A stretch of 64,000 nt of DNA from assembly GCA_030726915.1 (NCBI GenBank), contig JANRCR010000018.1, positions 44,814 to 108,813 of the forward strand, read 5' to 3'. Under the pieces are notes generated by a model. That model worked only from the letters and a program-made list of their open reading frames with translations. It was not told where the DNA came from and did no database searches. The stretch comes from Candidatus Nanopelagicales bacterium (GTDB taxonomy: Bacteria; Actinomycetota; Actinomycetes; S36-B12). How positions within the stretch are numbered: the stretch's first letter is position 1; each line of letters starts with the position of its first letter. Below, piece by piece: positions 30,564 to 43,418 of this stretch. Both the position numbers and the translations under genes were made by a program.

Positions 30564-31832
30564 TCACCGACCAAGCAGGTTGATGGTTCGATCTGCGGCG
30601 CCACGAGGTGCTGGGATCGGCTGAGCTCTCCGGCGGGTGATCTCTTCCGATTCCGGTGCACGTGCCCGCAGGTAGGCGTCGTCCGTGCGAGCCGCTAGGC
30701 CGGCCCAGTCATGGTCGCTCCTCAGGCGCTCCCGCGCAACGTGGGCCATGCGCTGTGCATCATCGGGATTGTCGAGCGTGGACATGACCGCATCGGCAAG
30801 GGCGGCGGGATCACCCGGAGTGAAGGTTCGCCCGGTGACGTCATCGATAACGAACTCAGCCAGCCCACCCGTGCGAGCAACGACGAGCGGGGTGCCGAGT
30901 GCCGCACCCTCAAGACTGACGAGACCGAAGGGTTCGTAGAGACTGGGCAGGACGAGGGCATCTGCCGCGGCCATGAGCGCGTGGAGGTGCGTGTCGGGCA
31001 GCCAGCCGACGAAGTCCACCGAGTCGGTGACGCGTCGCTCCTTCGCCAGTGCTTCCAGTGCCTGCGCGTGCCCACCTCGTCCGGCCACAACAGCGCGCAG
31101 ACCGGGTGCGCGCCGGCGCAATTCGGGGAGGGCCTCGATGAGTGTGTGGGCCCCCTTCTCCCACTCGAGGCGGCCGACGAAGACCACGAGCGGCCCGTGT
31201 GCGGCATGCGCCTCGCGTGCCTGGGCCGCCTGGGCCGCAGTGGTGCGCCAACGCCTCAGATCGATGCCGTTCGCGATGACGTCGATATGGTCCTGTGGGG
31301 GATTGATATCGAAGAGTTGCTCGACCTCACGTCGCATGTGGTGCGAACACACGATGATGCGATCCGACGTATGCACCAGCCAGTGCTCGATGTCGTGGAT
31401 CGCTTCAGACAGTGGCCCCGGCAGCCAGCCCTGATGCCTGCCCGCTTCCGTCGCGTGAATCGTGGAGAGGAGCGCATCGGCCGAAAGGATAGGTCGTAGG
31501 GCGATGGCAGCGTGGGCACTGACCCAGTCATGGGCGTGGATGACATCGACATGGCCGAGGCTGCTGCCCACCCGGATGAGTGCGGTTTGCATGCCGAGCA
31601 CCCAGGCCAGGAGGTTCGCCTCGGTGAATTCCAGCGCGGGCGGATCATGCGGGACGCGGACAATATCGACGCCATCGAGAGTCTCCCGCACGGTCTCGAC
31701 GCCTGCACTTTGCGTCAGCACGATCACCTCGTCGCCGCGCGCAGCCTGAGCTTCGGCGAGGGAATGCACGTGGCGGCCAAGCCCGCCGTAGACCATCGGG
31801 GGGTACTCCCACGACACGTGGAGTACGCGCAT
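30564..31832 (-). CDS. GT4-family alpha-glucosyltransferase (Rv3032-like)
   Basis: MRVLHVSWEYPPMVYGGLGRHV N-terminus and C-terminal LPSLYEPFGLVSLEGAALGTPLV (E-x7-E). Start set at ATG 31832. The track's 31970 start would overlap the GH57 gene by 107 nt. Confidence 0.85.
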   Translation of the reverse strand: MRVLHVSWEYPPMVYGGLGRHVHSLAEAQAARGDEVIVLTQSAGVETVRETLDGVDIVRVPHDPPALEFTEANLLAWVLGMQTALIRVGSSLGHVDVIHAHDWVSAHAAIALRPILSADALLSTIHATEAGRHQGWLPGPLSEAIHDIEHWLVHTSDRIIVCSHHMRREVEQLFDINPPQDHIDVIANGIDLRRWRTTAAQAAQAREAHAAHGPLVVFVGRLEWEKGAHTLIEALPELRRRAPGLRAVVAGRGGHAQALEALAKERRVTDSVDFVGWLPDTHLHALMAAADALVLPSLYEPFGLVSLEGAALGTPLVVARTGGLAEFVIDDVTGRTFTPGDPAALADAVMSTLDNPDDAQRMAHVARERLRSDHDWAGLAARTDDAYLRARAPESEEITRRRAQPIPAPRGAADRTINLLGR

Positions 31833-31863
31833 CCGGTGAGCATAGGGCCTGGTGCCCGCTGGC

Positions 31864-33381
31864 TCACCGGAGGAAACGTCGCGCATCGAGATCACCGAAG
31901 GGATGGTCACGCTGTCCCGCCTGTTCGGCACGTGTGCTGGCCGATGCCACATCCCCGACACGAAGGGCATCCATGATTCTGTGTGCTGCGTCTACGTGGC
32001 CTGTGAAGCGCCCATGTGCGTAGTCTGCGGCCGTGTCATGGCTGACCATGAATGCCCAGTCGCTTGCGAGTGCGAGCAGAGTCTCGCGAATCAACTGGTC
32101 ATGTGCCGGCGAGCGATGTCGACGGGGGTGGCTCTCGTCGAGCATCGCGAGAACATCGTGTGCGAGAGCGCTCTGCCTTTCCGCCATGTCGTGTGGATCG
32201 GTCCAGATATGCCAATCCTTGCCCAGACCCCAGGACCCGGGCTCGGGGATGACGCGGCCCACAGGGTCGGTCACGGCTGACTCGAGGCCGATCACCTGCA
32301 CTCCTGCGGTGGGCAGCAGGTCGAGGATGCGATCGAGCCACATCGGGCCCTCATGCCACCAGTGGCCAAAGAGTTCCGTGTCGAAGGCCGCCACGACAAG
32401 TGGATCCGAGGTCAGCGTCGATAGTTCGTTCAGGCGTCGGACCACGACGTCGACGAAGTCGTGAGCGTCGCTCTCCACCTGCGCGCGTGCCTGGTCGGTG
32501 TTGTACGGCGCCTTCTGCAGGGGGTCGACGTGATGACCGGTCACCCGGCACGGCTGGAAGCCCCACTCGTGATCGAAGGTGTGGAAGTCGCGGTACCAGC
32601 GATTGCCCGGGTAGCCGCGACGGGGTGACCACACTCGGTAGGTGACCTCGAGATCTCGTCCCACGACCCGGACGTCGGTGTCACCGAGGAGCCACGCGTT
32701 GGCGGTTGTGGCGCCGGAGCCAAGCAGGCTGGGTCCGTCGAGGACCAGATGATCCACCCCCGCTGCGGCCAGGATGGATTCCATGCCCGGTTCCCAGGCA
32801 CACTCCGGTGTCCACGATCCCGTGGGCCGTGTCCCCCAGCGGCGGAGTGCGTCGTCGAGTCCCGCGGTGAGGCTGTCTCGCGCGAAGCGCGCGGGCATGA
32901 GCGGAGTGAATGTGTGCGTGAGTGGGCCCCCGAGGACGTCTATCACGCCGGAGTGGAGGAGGGCGCGCAGCGCCGCGGATCCACCCGCGCTCCAGTGTGA
33001 CTCAAAGTCGGTGAGTGCCGCGGATGCCAAGGCGTACTCGCGTTGACCGGTCGTCCTGCGATCGATGTCGCGCGCGCCCGCCATCCCGATGGCGCGTGTC
33101 TGCCAGTAGCCGAGCCAGGTGTGATGCGCCTCCAGGAGATAGGGGTCATCCCATTGCGCAGCGAGGATCGGTGTCACCCCCAGGGTCACCTGACCACGCA
33201 GACCCTTCTCGGCCCGCTTCCGCAGGAGTGAAAAGAGGGGCTGGTAGGAGGTAGCCCAGGCCTGATGCAACCACTCCTCACCGACGGGCCACGTGCCGTG
33301 ATGGGCAACCCAGGGCAGGTGGGTGTGGAGGACGATGGCGAAGCGCCCCCGTGTTGTGCGGCCTGTCTCCGTCGAGGTCAC
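31864..33381 (-). CDS. GH57-family alpha-glucan branching enzyme-like protein (Rv3031-like)
   Basis: 505 aa. FAIVLHTHLPWV start, and DTELFGHWWHEGPMWL. Its GTG start overlaps the upstream methyltransferase stop (GTGA). Confidence 0.85.
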   Translation of the reverse strand: MTSTETGRTTRGRFAIVLHTHLPWVAHHGTWPVGEEWLHQAWATSYQPLFSLLRKRAEKGLRGQVTLGVTPILAAQWDDPYLLEAHHTWLGYWQTRAIGMAGARDIDRRTTGQREYALASAALTDFESHWSAGGSAALRALLHSGVIDVLGGPLTHTFTPLMPARFARDSLTAGLDDALRRWGTRPTGSWTPECAWEPGMESILAAAGVDHLVLDGPSLLGSGATTANAWLLGDTDVRVVGRDLEVTYRVWSPRRGYPGNRWYRDFHTFDHEWGFQPCRVTGHHVDPLQKAPYNTDQARAQVESDAHDFVDVVVRRLNELSTLTSDPLVVAAFDTELFGHWWHEGPMWLDRILDLLPTAGVQVIGLESAVTDPVGRVIPEPGSWGLGKDWHIWTDPHDMAERQSALAHDVLAMLDESHPRRHRSPAHDQLIRETLLALASDWAFMVSHDTAADYAHGRFTGHVDAAHRIMDALRVGDVASASTRAEQAGQRDHPFGDLDARRFLR

Positions 33382-34163
33382 GGAACCACTCCGGCTATCA
33401 CCAGCAGATCCTGGGCCCCCATGATCACCGGGTCGGTGTTCGCCAGCGATGCATCATCAATGGTGAAATCGCGCGCGGTCACGGTGGAAACCATGCGACG
33501 TAGGGCAGGTGGCCAGGTGCCCTGCACGGCGGCGGTGATTTGCGCGGCGACGATACTGCCATGCCTGTGTTCCCACGCGCGAAGTCGCGCAGCATGGTGG
33601 ACTCCGCGGAGGTCAACGCGATCGAATCCCGCAGAGTCCATCATCATGGTGACCTGCTGAGCATCGAATTCCTCGACATGGAAGGGATTCATGGGCTTGG
33701 TGCCGCGTGCGAGGCCCGGTGAGAAGGTCAGGCGATTCGGAGTCGTCACGATGAGTTGTCCACCCGGGCTGAGAGCTCGGCGGCATTCCCGCAGAAATCC
33801 CGACAGGTCCCACAGATGTTCAATCACCTGGAACGACACGATGACATCCACGGAGCCGGTGCGCAGCGGCAGTGTGTCGAGATTCGCCATGACCACGCGG
33901 GCATCCGGGTAGGTGTTTCGCATGTGCCGGCAGGCGGTGGCGTCGTACTCCAGTGTGATCACCGGCCGGGCCAGGGAGGGAGCCAGCAATGACGTCCCAT
34001 AGCCCTCGCCCGCACCCGCATCGACGACGACCCGGTCGGTGCCCAGGAGGTCAGCGACCCAGCGGTAGGCCACTTCGTGGCGGGCAAACCAGTAGTCCTC
34101 ATCCGGCATGCCCGGGACGGTGCGCTCGCCCGTGGCGGCGAGGGCAGCGGCGGGGGAATCCAC
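33378..34163 (-). CDS. Class I SAM-dependent methyltransferase (Rv3030-like)
   Basis: 261 aa. VVDAGAGEGYG motif I, DVIVSFQVIEHL, and LSPGGQLIVTTPN. First gene of the MT-GH57-GT4 minus-strand unit, divergent from etfBA. Confidence 0.85.
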   Translation of the reverse strand: MDSPAAALAATGERTVPGMPDEDYWFARHEVAYRWVADLLGTDRVVVDAGAGEGYGTSLLAPSLARPVITLEYDATACRHMRNTYPDARVVMANLDTLPLRTGSVDVIVSFQVIEHLWDLSGFLRECRRALSPGGQLIVTTPNRLTFSPGLARGTKPMNPFHVEEFDAQQVTMMMDSAGFDRVDLRGVHHAARLRAWEHRHGSIVAAQITAAVQGTWPPALRRMVSTVTARDFTIDDASLANTDPVIMGAQDLLVIAGVVP

Positions 34164-34282
34164 CCGGTTAGGGTGCCGTACGGCGACCGCGGGCGACCAG
34201 GCGGGCGCTGGGCGCGCCGGGATCGGTACTGGCGAGTAACCTGTGGACTAGACAGATGGTTAGCCGACTGAAGGAGTGGCGC

Positions 34283-35062
34283 GTGAAGATCGCGGTATGC
34301 GTCAAGCAGGTCCCGGACACCTGGGCGGAGAAGAAGCTCCAAGCCGGTGATTCCACGCTGGACCGTGAAGCAGCCGAGGGTGTACTCAACGAACTCGACG
34401 AGTACGCGGTCGAAGAGGCCCTGCGGATCGGCGAGGCACACGGTGGTGAGGTCGTCGTCGTATCCATGGGTCCCGAGCGGGCGGCCGAGACGGTGCGCAA
34501 GGCGCTGAGCATGGGTGCCGACGCGGGCATCCACCTCGTTGACGATGCCCTGCACGGATCGGATGCGGTCGCGACATCCGCGGCGCTCGCCACGGTGCTT
34601 GAGGGTCGATCTTTTGACCTCATCATCTTTGGCTCCGAATCCACTGATGCGCGCATGAGCGTCGTCCCCGCCATGGTGGCGGAGAGGCTTGTACTCCCGC
34701 AGGTGACCTTCGCCCAAAAGGTCGAGATTGACGGGTCCACGGTGCGCATCGAGCGCCAGATGGAATACGGGTTTGACACTGTCGAGGCATCGCTGCCCGC
34801 GGTGGTGTCCGTTGTGGAGAAGATCAACGAGCCTCGCTACCCGTCGTTTAAGGGCATCATGGCGGCGAAGAAGAAGCCGGTCGAGATCCTCAGCGTTGCC
34901 GACATAGGACTCGACCCCGCGACGGTCGGTCTCGGGGCCGCGTGGAGTGTCGTGGACGATTTTGCCGCCCGTCCCCCCAAGGCCGCCGGGATGGTTGTGG
35001 CCGATGAAGGCGAGGGTGGCTCGCGCATCGCGGACTACCTCGTCGACCAGAAGTTCATCTAG
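34283..35062 (+). CDS. etfB: Electron transfer flavoprotein subunit beta
   Basis: VKIAVCVKQVPDTWAEKKL start. AAGGAG at 34271-34276 sits 6 nt before GTG 34283. The ORF track starts at 34256. Confidence 0.93.
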   Translation: MKIAVCVKQVPDTWAEKKLQAGDSTLDREAAEGVLNELDEYAVEEALRIGEAHGGEVVVVSMGPERAAETVRKALSMGADAGIHLVDDALHGSDAVATSAALATVLEGRSFDLIIFGSESTDARMSVVPAMVAERLVLPQVTFAQKVEIDGSTVRIERQMEYGFDTVEASLPAVVSVVEKINEPRYPSFKGIMAAKKKPVEILSVADIGLDPATVGLGAAWSVVDDFAARPPKAAGMVVADEGEGGSRIADYLVDQKFI

Positions 35063-35106
35063 TCACAGACCCATCGAGCCATAGGTCCACCAAGAAGGAG
35101 CAGGAC

Positions 35107-36063
35107 ATGTCAGAGATTCTCGTGCTCGTGGAGCACGCGGACGGCCAGGTCAAGAAGGTCACCTTCGAGCTGCTCACGCTCGCGCGCGCGCTCGGGACCC
35201 CCTCCGCTGTCTGGCTGGGCATCGGTGCATCCGACGCCGCCTTGGCCTCCCTGGGCGAGTACGGCGCGGAGAAGGTGTACGTCGTTGACTCAGCCGACAT
35301 GGACGACTTCCTCGTCGCGCCCAAGGCAGAGGCCTTGGCGCGCCTCATGGCGGACTCGTCCGCGGCCGCAGTCCTCCTGCCGTCCACGGCCGAGGGCAAG
35401 GAGATTGCGGGGCGAGTCGCAGTGAAGGCGGGCTCGGGCATCATCACGGATGCTGTCGGGGTGGCTGCTGACTTCACGGCCACGCAGAGCGTCTTCGGTG
35501 GCTCGACCGTGGTCACCTCACGGGTGTCCAACGGCACCCCCCTCATCACGGTGCGGCCCAACTCGACAGCGCCGGTACCGTCACCGGGCGCGGCTGCTCG
35601 GGTCGACGTTGCCGCGGATATCTCGGATGCGGCGAAGTCCGCTCGGGTGGTGGGACGCACGGTGGCGAGCAAGGGCGGTCGTCCTGACCTGAGCGAGGCG
35701 GCCATCGTTGTCTCCGGAGGTCGCGGGGTCGGGGGCGCCGAGGGATTCGGTGTCGTGGAGGCACTCGCGGACTCCCTGGGCGCGGCCGTGGGAGCCTCCC
35801 GTGCCGCGACGGATGCTGGGTGGTATCCCCACCAGTACCAGGTGGGCCAAACAGGCAAGACCGTGTCCCCACAGTTGTACATCGCCAATGGCATCAGCGG
35901 GGCAATCCAACACCGGGCGGGCATGCAGACCTCAAAGACCATTGTGGTGGTCAACAAGGATCCCGAGGCGCCGATCTTTGAGCTGGCCGACTTTGGCGTC
36001 GTCGGAGATCTCTTTGCCGTCGTACCCCAGTTGACCGAGGAGATTGCCAAGCGCAAGGCCTGA
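35107..36063 (+). CDS. etfA: Electron transfer flavoprotein subunit alpha
   Basis: 318 aa. FAD-binding C-terminal block VGQTGKTVSPQLYIANGISGAIQHRAGM. AAGGAG lies upstream of the ATG. Confidence 0.95.
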   Translation: MSEILVLVEHADGQVKKVTFELLTLARALGTPSAVWLGIGASDAALASLGEYGAEKVYVVDSADMDDFLVAPKAEALARLMADSSAAAVLLPSTAEGKEIAGRVAVKAGSGIITDAVGVAADFTATQSVFGGSTVVTSRVSNGTPLITVRPNSTAPVPSPGAAARVDVAADISDAAKSARVVGRTVASKGGRPDLSEAAIVVSGGRGVGGAEGFGVVEALADSLGAAVGASRAATDAGWYPHQYQVGQTGKTVSPQLYIANGISGAIQHRAGMQTSKTIVVVNKDPEAPIFELADFGVVGDLFAVVPQLTEEIAKRKA

Positions 36064-36090
36064 TGGGTCTCGGCGGGTAGGCTGTACGAC

Positions 36091-37263
36091 GTGTCCACCG
36101 ATCGCGCTTATCTCGATCACGCTGCCACGACGTCGGTCCTTCCCGACGCAGCAGACGTGTGGCGCGATGTGTCACTCACGGTGGGCAATCCCTCGTCATT
36201 GCATGCCTCCGGACGGGCAGCACGACGGGTGGTTGAGGAAGCGCGGGAGTCGCTTGCCGATGATCTCGGTGTACGACCGAGTGAGGTCATCTTCACGTCG
36301 GGAGGCACCGAGGCGGACAACCTCGCGGTGAAGGGGCTGGCGTGGGCGGCCCCATCCCGTCGGCGTCGAATCCTGTGTTCCACCATTGAACATCACGCTG
36401 TTCTTGATCCAGTCCTGTGGCTCGGTAGCCACGGCTACGACATTGACTGGCTGCCCGTCGACGATGTGGGTCGGGTAGATCCCCACGATGTCCGATCGCG
36501 TCTGGGTGATGATGTCGCGCTCTGCACGGTCATGTGGGCCAACAACGAGGTGGGCACGGTGCAGCCCTTGGCTCGCATTGCCGAGGCCTGTGCGGAGGCG
36601 AAGGTGCCCTTCCACAGCGATGCGGTGCAGGCGATAGGGCGCCTCGCCGTCGACGCCGGACTGCCAGGGTTGACCTCGCTGGCGATGAGTGGACACAAAC
36701 TTGGCGCCCCCGTCGGGACCGGAGCGCTGGTCTTACGTCGCGATGCCGACGTGGTGCCCCTCATGCACGGTGGGGGACAGGAGCGCGAGGTGCGCTCCGG
36801 CACGCTGGACGCGGCGGGAGCGGCATCGCTGGCCGTCGCGGTCCGCCAGTCAGTCGCGGACCAGGAGGTGCACGCGGCGCGTATGAACGAGCTCAGCGAG
36901 CGGCTCATTGAAGGGATCCGCGGTGTCGCCCCGGATGCCGTGATCAATGGAGATCCCGAGCACCGGTTGCCGGGCACGGTCCACGTGTCCTTCCCCGGCT
37001 CTGATGGGGACACGCTCCTCATGCTGTTCGATGCTGCCGGTGTCGAATGTTCCACGGGCTCGGCATGCACGGCCGGGGTCCCGGAGCCGTCCCATGTGCT
37101 GGAAGCCATGGGTATCGATGCTGGTATCGCTCGCGGGTCCCTGCGTTTCTCCTTCGGGCGATCCAGTCGCTCAGGTGATGTCGATCTCGTGATTGAGGTC
37201 ATGCCGGGAGCACTGGACCGAGCCTTTCGAGCGGCAACACCCCGACTACGCCCGGTCCGCTGA
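36091..37263 (+). CDS. Cysteine desulfurase (NifS/IscS class)
   Basis: 390 aa. YLDHAATT start, PLP lysine in SGHKLGAPVGTG, and the active-site Cys loop ECSTGSACTAG. Confidence 0.92.
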   Translation: MSTDRAYLDHAATTSVLPDAADVWRDVSLTVGNPSSLHASGRAARRVVEEARESLADDLGVRPSEVIFTSGGTEADNLAVKGLAWAAPSRRRRILCSTIEHHAVLDPVLWLGSHGYDIDWLPVDDVGRVDPHDVRSRLGDDVALCTVMWANNEVGTVQPLARIAEACAEAKVPFHSDAVQAIGRLAVDAGLPGLTSLAMSGHKLGAPVGTGALVLRRDADVVPLMHGGGQEREVRSGTLDAAGAASLAVAVRQSVADQEVHAARMNELSERLIEGIRGVAPDAVINGDPEHRLPGTVHVSFPGSDGDTLLMLFDAAGVECSTGSACTAGVPEPSHVLEAMGIDAGIARGSLRFSFGRSSRSGDVDLVIEVMPGALDRAFRAATPRLRPVR

Positions 37264-37264
37264 C

Positions 37265-38338
37265 ATGCGTGTGATCGCTGCACTTTCGGGTGGGGTCGAT
37301 TCGGCTGTTGCGGCTGCTCGCGCTGTTGACGCCGGCCACGATGTTGTCGGCATCCACCTTGCGCTCGCTCGCGCACCGTCGGTGGGTGGTCGTTCGAAGG
37401 GCTGCTGCTCTGCTGCGGATGCCCATGACGCACGACGCGTCGCTGACGTGCTGGGGATTCCCTTTTATGTATGGGATCTCTCCGAGGAGTTCACCGAGCA
37501 GGTCATCGAGGACTTCGTTGAGCAGTATCGAGCCGGTCGAACTCCCAATCCCTGCCTGCGCTGCAATGAGGCCATCAAATTCTCGGCGGTTCTCGACCGT
37601 GCGCAGGCACTCGGCTTCGACGCGGTCTGCACGGGCCACTATGCACGCATCGTCCATGGTCCCCGGGGAGCGGAGTTGCATCGAGCGGTTGACGAAGCCA
37701 AGGACCAGTCCTATGTCCTATCGGTGCTGACACTGGCACAGATTGAGAGCACCCTCCTGCCCCTGGGCGACAGCGTGAAGTCACAGGTGCGTGCCGATGC
37801 CGCAGCGCGAGGTTTGCGTGTGGCGGACAAGCCCGATAGTCACGACATCTGTTTTATCCCCGACGGGGATACGGCCGGTTGGCTGCACGACAAGCTCGGC
37901 GAGTCTCCCGGTGACGTCATGGATCAGGCTTCGGGTGCGGTCCTTGGACAGCACCGCGGGACCCACACCTTCACGGTGGGCCAGCGTCGCGGCCTCGCCC
38001 TCAGCTCACCGGCACCGGATGGTGCTCGTCGCTACGTCGTCGATGTGGACCCGGCGGCCGGACGGGTGTGGGTTGGCGCGGAAGACCTGCTGTCGGTGAC
38101 GAGGATTGAGGCCTCGCAGCCACGCTGGTGCGCAGCCCCGCCCGTGTCGGGTGATCGGGTTGAGATTCAGATCCGCGCCCACGGTGAACACCATCCTGCC
38201 GTCATCGAGGTGACGGGCGGTGGTGTCATAGCGGAGCTAGATATCGCCGTACGCAGTGTTGCGCCCGGACAGGCCATGGCAATGTACGACGGCACCCGCG
38301 TGATTGGGTCGGCGACGATCGAGCGATCCCGGCGATGA
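37265..38338 (+). CDS. mnmA: tRNA 2-thiouridine(34) synthase
   Basis: MRVIAALSGGVDSAVAA PP-loop, and RTPNPCLRCN. ATG 37265 lies 1 nt after the desulfurase stop. The track's 37193 start lies inside the upstream gene. Confidence 0.93.
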   Translation: MRVIAALSGGVDSAVAAARAVDAGHDVVGIHLALARAPSVGGRSKGCCSAADAHDARRVADVLGIPFYVWDLSEEFTEQVIEDFVEQYRAGRTPNPCLRCNEAIKFSAVLDRAQALGFDAVCTGHYARIVHGPRGAELHRAVDEAKDQSYVLSVLTLAQIESTLLPLGDSVKSQVRADAAARGLRVADKPDSHDICFIPDGDTAGWLHDKLGESPGDVMDQASGAVLGQHRGTHTFTVGQRRGLALSSPAPDGARRYVVDVDPAAGRVWVGAEDLLSVTRIEASQPRWCAAPPVSGDRVEIQIRAHGEHHPAVIEVTGGGVIAELDIAVRSVAPGQAMAMYDGTRVIGSATIERSRR

Positions 38339-38350
38339 TGGACGGTCTGG

Positions 38351-41586
<3,236 letters not shown>

Positions 41587-41613
41587 GTCGGAGCCGGTCC
41601 CTAGACTGCAGTC

Positions 41614-41913
41614 ATGTCAGCAATCACTCGAGCGGAAGTTGCGCATCTCGCGCACCTGGCCCGCCTCGACATCCCCGATGCGGAGCTCGACCATTACGCC
41701 GAGCAGCTCGATGTCATTCTCGGTGCGGTAGCCCGGGTCTCCGAGGTTGTTGCCGACGACATCCCTCCCACGTCTCATCCGGTGCCCCTCGTGAATGTTT
41801 TGCGCCCCGATGTCATCGCACCATGCCTGAGCCGTGAGGAAGCGCTCGCGGCCGCTTCGGCTGTTGAAGATGACCGCTTCAGCGTCCCGCGCATCCTGGA
41901 GGAGGAGGCGTGA
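41614..41913 (+). CDS. gatC: Asp/Glu-tRNA amidotransferase subunit C
   Basis: 99 aa. [28 protein letters not shown]. Precedes gatA with a 4-nt overlap. Confidence 0.92.
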   Translation: MSAITRAEVAHLAHLARLDIPDAELDHYAEQLDVILGAVARVSEVVADDIPPTSHPVPLVNVLRPDVIAPCLSREEALAAASAVEDDRFSVPRILEEEA

Positions 41914-43418
41914 GCGGTCCACTGGAGCGCGACCTCATCCGTCAGGAAGCTGCGACGTTGGCCGGGGCGATTGCGGAGGGAGACGTGAGTTCCCGAGAGG
42001 TGACGCAGGCCCACCTTGACCGCATTGCCGAGGTCGACGGTGAGGTGCACGCCTTCCTCTATGTCGATGTCGAGGGTGCCCTGGCAGCGGCTGATGCCGT
42101 CGATGCGCGCCGCGCATCCGGTGGGGCGTTGGGCCCGCTCGCGGGTGTCCCGCTGGCGCTCAAGGATGTGCTGGTCATGAAGGGGATCCCCACGACATGT
42201 GGGTCTCGCATCCTCGAGGGGTGGCGCCCACCATACGACGCAACGGTCGTTCAGAGATTGCGCGAGGCCGGTGTCGTCATCCTGGGCAAAACCAATATGG
42301 ATGAGTTCGCCATGGGTTCATCCACCGAGCATTCGGCATACGGGCCCACGCACAATCCCTGGGATCTTGAACGCATCCCTGGAGGTTCCGGTGGCGGATC
42401 CGCCGCTGCCCTGGCCGCATTCGAAGCGCCGCTGGCCATCGGCACGGACACGGGCGGATCCATCCGGCAGCCGGCAGCCGTGACCGGCACGGTGGGGGTC
42501 AAGCCGACCTACGGCGGGGTGTCCCGCTACGGACTCGTTGCTCTCGCATCGAGCCTTGACCAGGCGGGACCATGTGCCCGCACGGTCATGGACGCCGCTC
42601 TGCTGCACTCGGTCATCGCTGGCCACGATCCCCGTGACTCCACCTCGATCCCGGAGGCGGTACCCGATGTCGTCGCCGCTGCGACACGTGCGGATGTGAG
42701 GGGCATGCGCATCGGTCTGGTCAAGGAGCTCTCCGGTGAGGGCTACCAGTCGGGTGTGGAGCTGCGATTCCGTGAGGCAGTGGAGATCCTGGAACATCTT
42801 GGTGCCGAGGTCGTCGAGGTGTCGTGCCCCAACTTTGACTATGCCCTCGCTGCCTACTACCTCATCCTGCCCAGCGAGTGTTCCTCCAATCTCGCTCGCT
42901 TCGACGGCATGCGCTACGGGCTGCGGGTCGGGGATGACGGTCAGCATTCCGTGGAGGAGGTCATGGCGGCGACGCGCGAGGCTGGCTTCGGATCAGAGGC
43001 CAAGCGACGCATCATGCTGGGCACCTATGCGCTATCCAGTGGCTACTACGACGCCTACTACGGGCAGGCGCAGAAGGTGCGCACTCTTATCCGGCGCGAT
43101 TTTGATGCTGCCTTCGAGCGCGTGGATGTGCTCATCTCACCGACGGCCCCCACCACGGCCTTTCGTCTTGGCGAGAAGATCGATGATCCCCTCGCGATGT
43201 ATCTCAATGATGTCGCGACAATCCCGGTCAATCTCGCCGGCAATTGCGCGATGTCGGTGCCCGTGGGACTCGCACCTGAAGACGCACTCCCCGTGGGATT
43301 GCAGATCATGGCACCGGCCATGGCTGATGCGCGGCTCTATCTGGTCGGCGCTGCGCTCGAAGGTGCTCTGCGGGATCGATGGGGTCATCTACTCATCGAG
43401 GAGGTGCCATCGCTGTGA
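41910..43418 (+). CDS. gatA: Asp/Glu-tRNA amidotransferase subunit A
   Basis: 502 aa. Amidase signature [13 protein letters not shown]...[13 protein letters not shown]. Confidence 0.96.
   Translation: MSGPLERDLIRQEAATLAGAIAEGDVSSREVTQAHLDRIAEVDGEVHAFLYVDVEGALAAADAVDARRASGGALGPLAGVPLALKDVLVMKGIPTTCGSRILEGWRPPYDATVVQRLREAGVVILGKTNMDEFAMGSSTEHSAYGPTHNPWDLERIPGGSGGGSAAALAAFEAPLAIGTDTGGSIRQPAAVTGTVGVKPTYGGVSRYGLVALASSLDQAGPCARTVMDAALLHSVIAGHDPRDSTSIPEAVPDVVAAATRADVRGMRIGLVKELSGEGYQSGVELRFREAVEILEHLGAEVVEVSCPNFDYALAAYYLILPSECSSNLARFDGMRYGLRVGDDGQHSVEEVMAATREAGFGSEAKRRIMLGTYALSSGYYDAYYGQAQKVRTLIRRDFDAAFERVDVLISPTAPTTAFRLGEKIDDPLAMYLNDVATIPVNLAGNCAMSVPVGLAPEDALPVGLQIMAPAMADARLYLVGAALEGALRDRWGHLLIEEVPSL

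Noticed and set aside
31833-31970. 46-codon N-terminal extension of the GT4 glycosyltransferase ORF
   Set aside because: It would overlap the GH57 gene by 107 nt. The canonical GT4 N-terminus MRVLHVSWEYPP begins at 31832.
35055-36098. 347-aa minus-strand ORF opposite etfA
   Set aside because: It is the shadow of etfA, a low-complexity Ala/Thr/Ser/Pro sequence.
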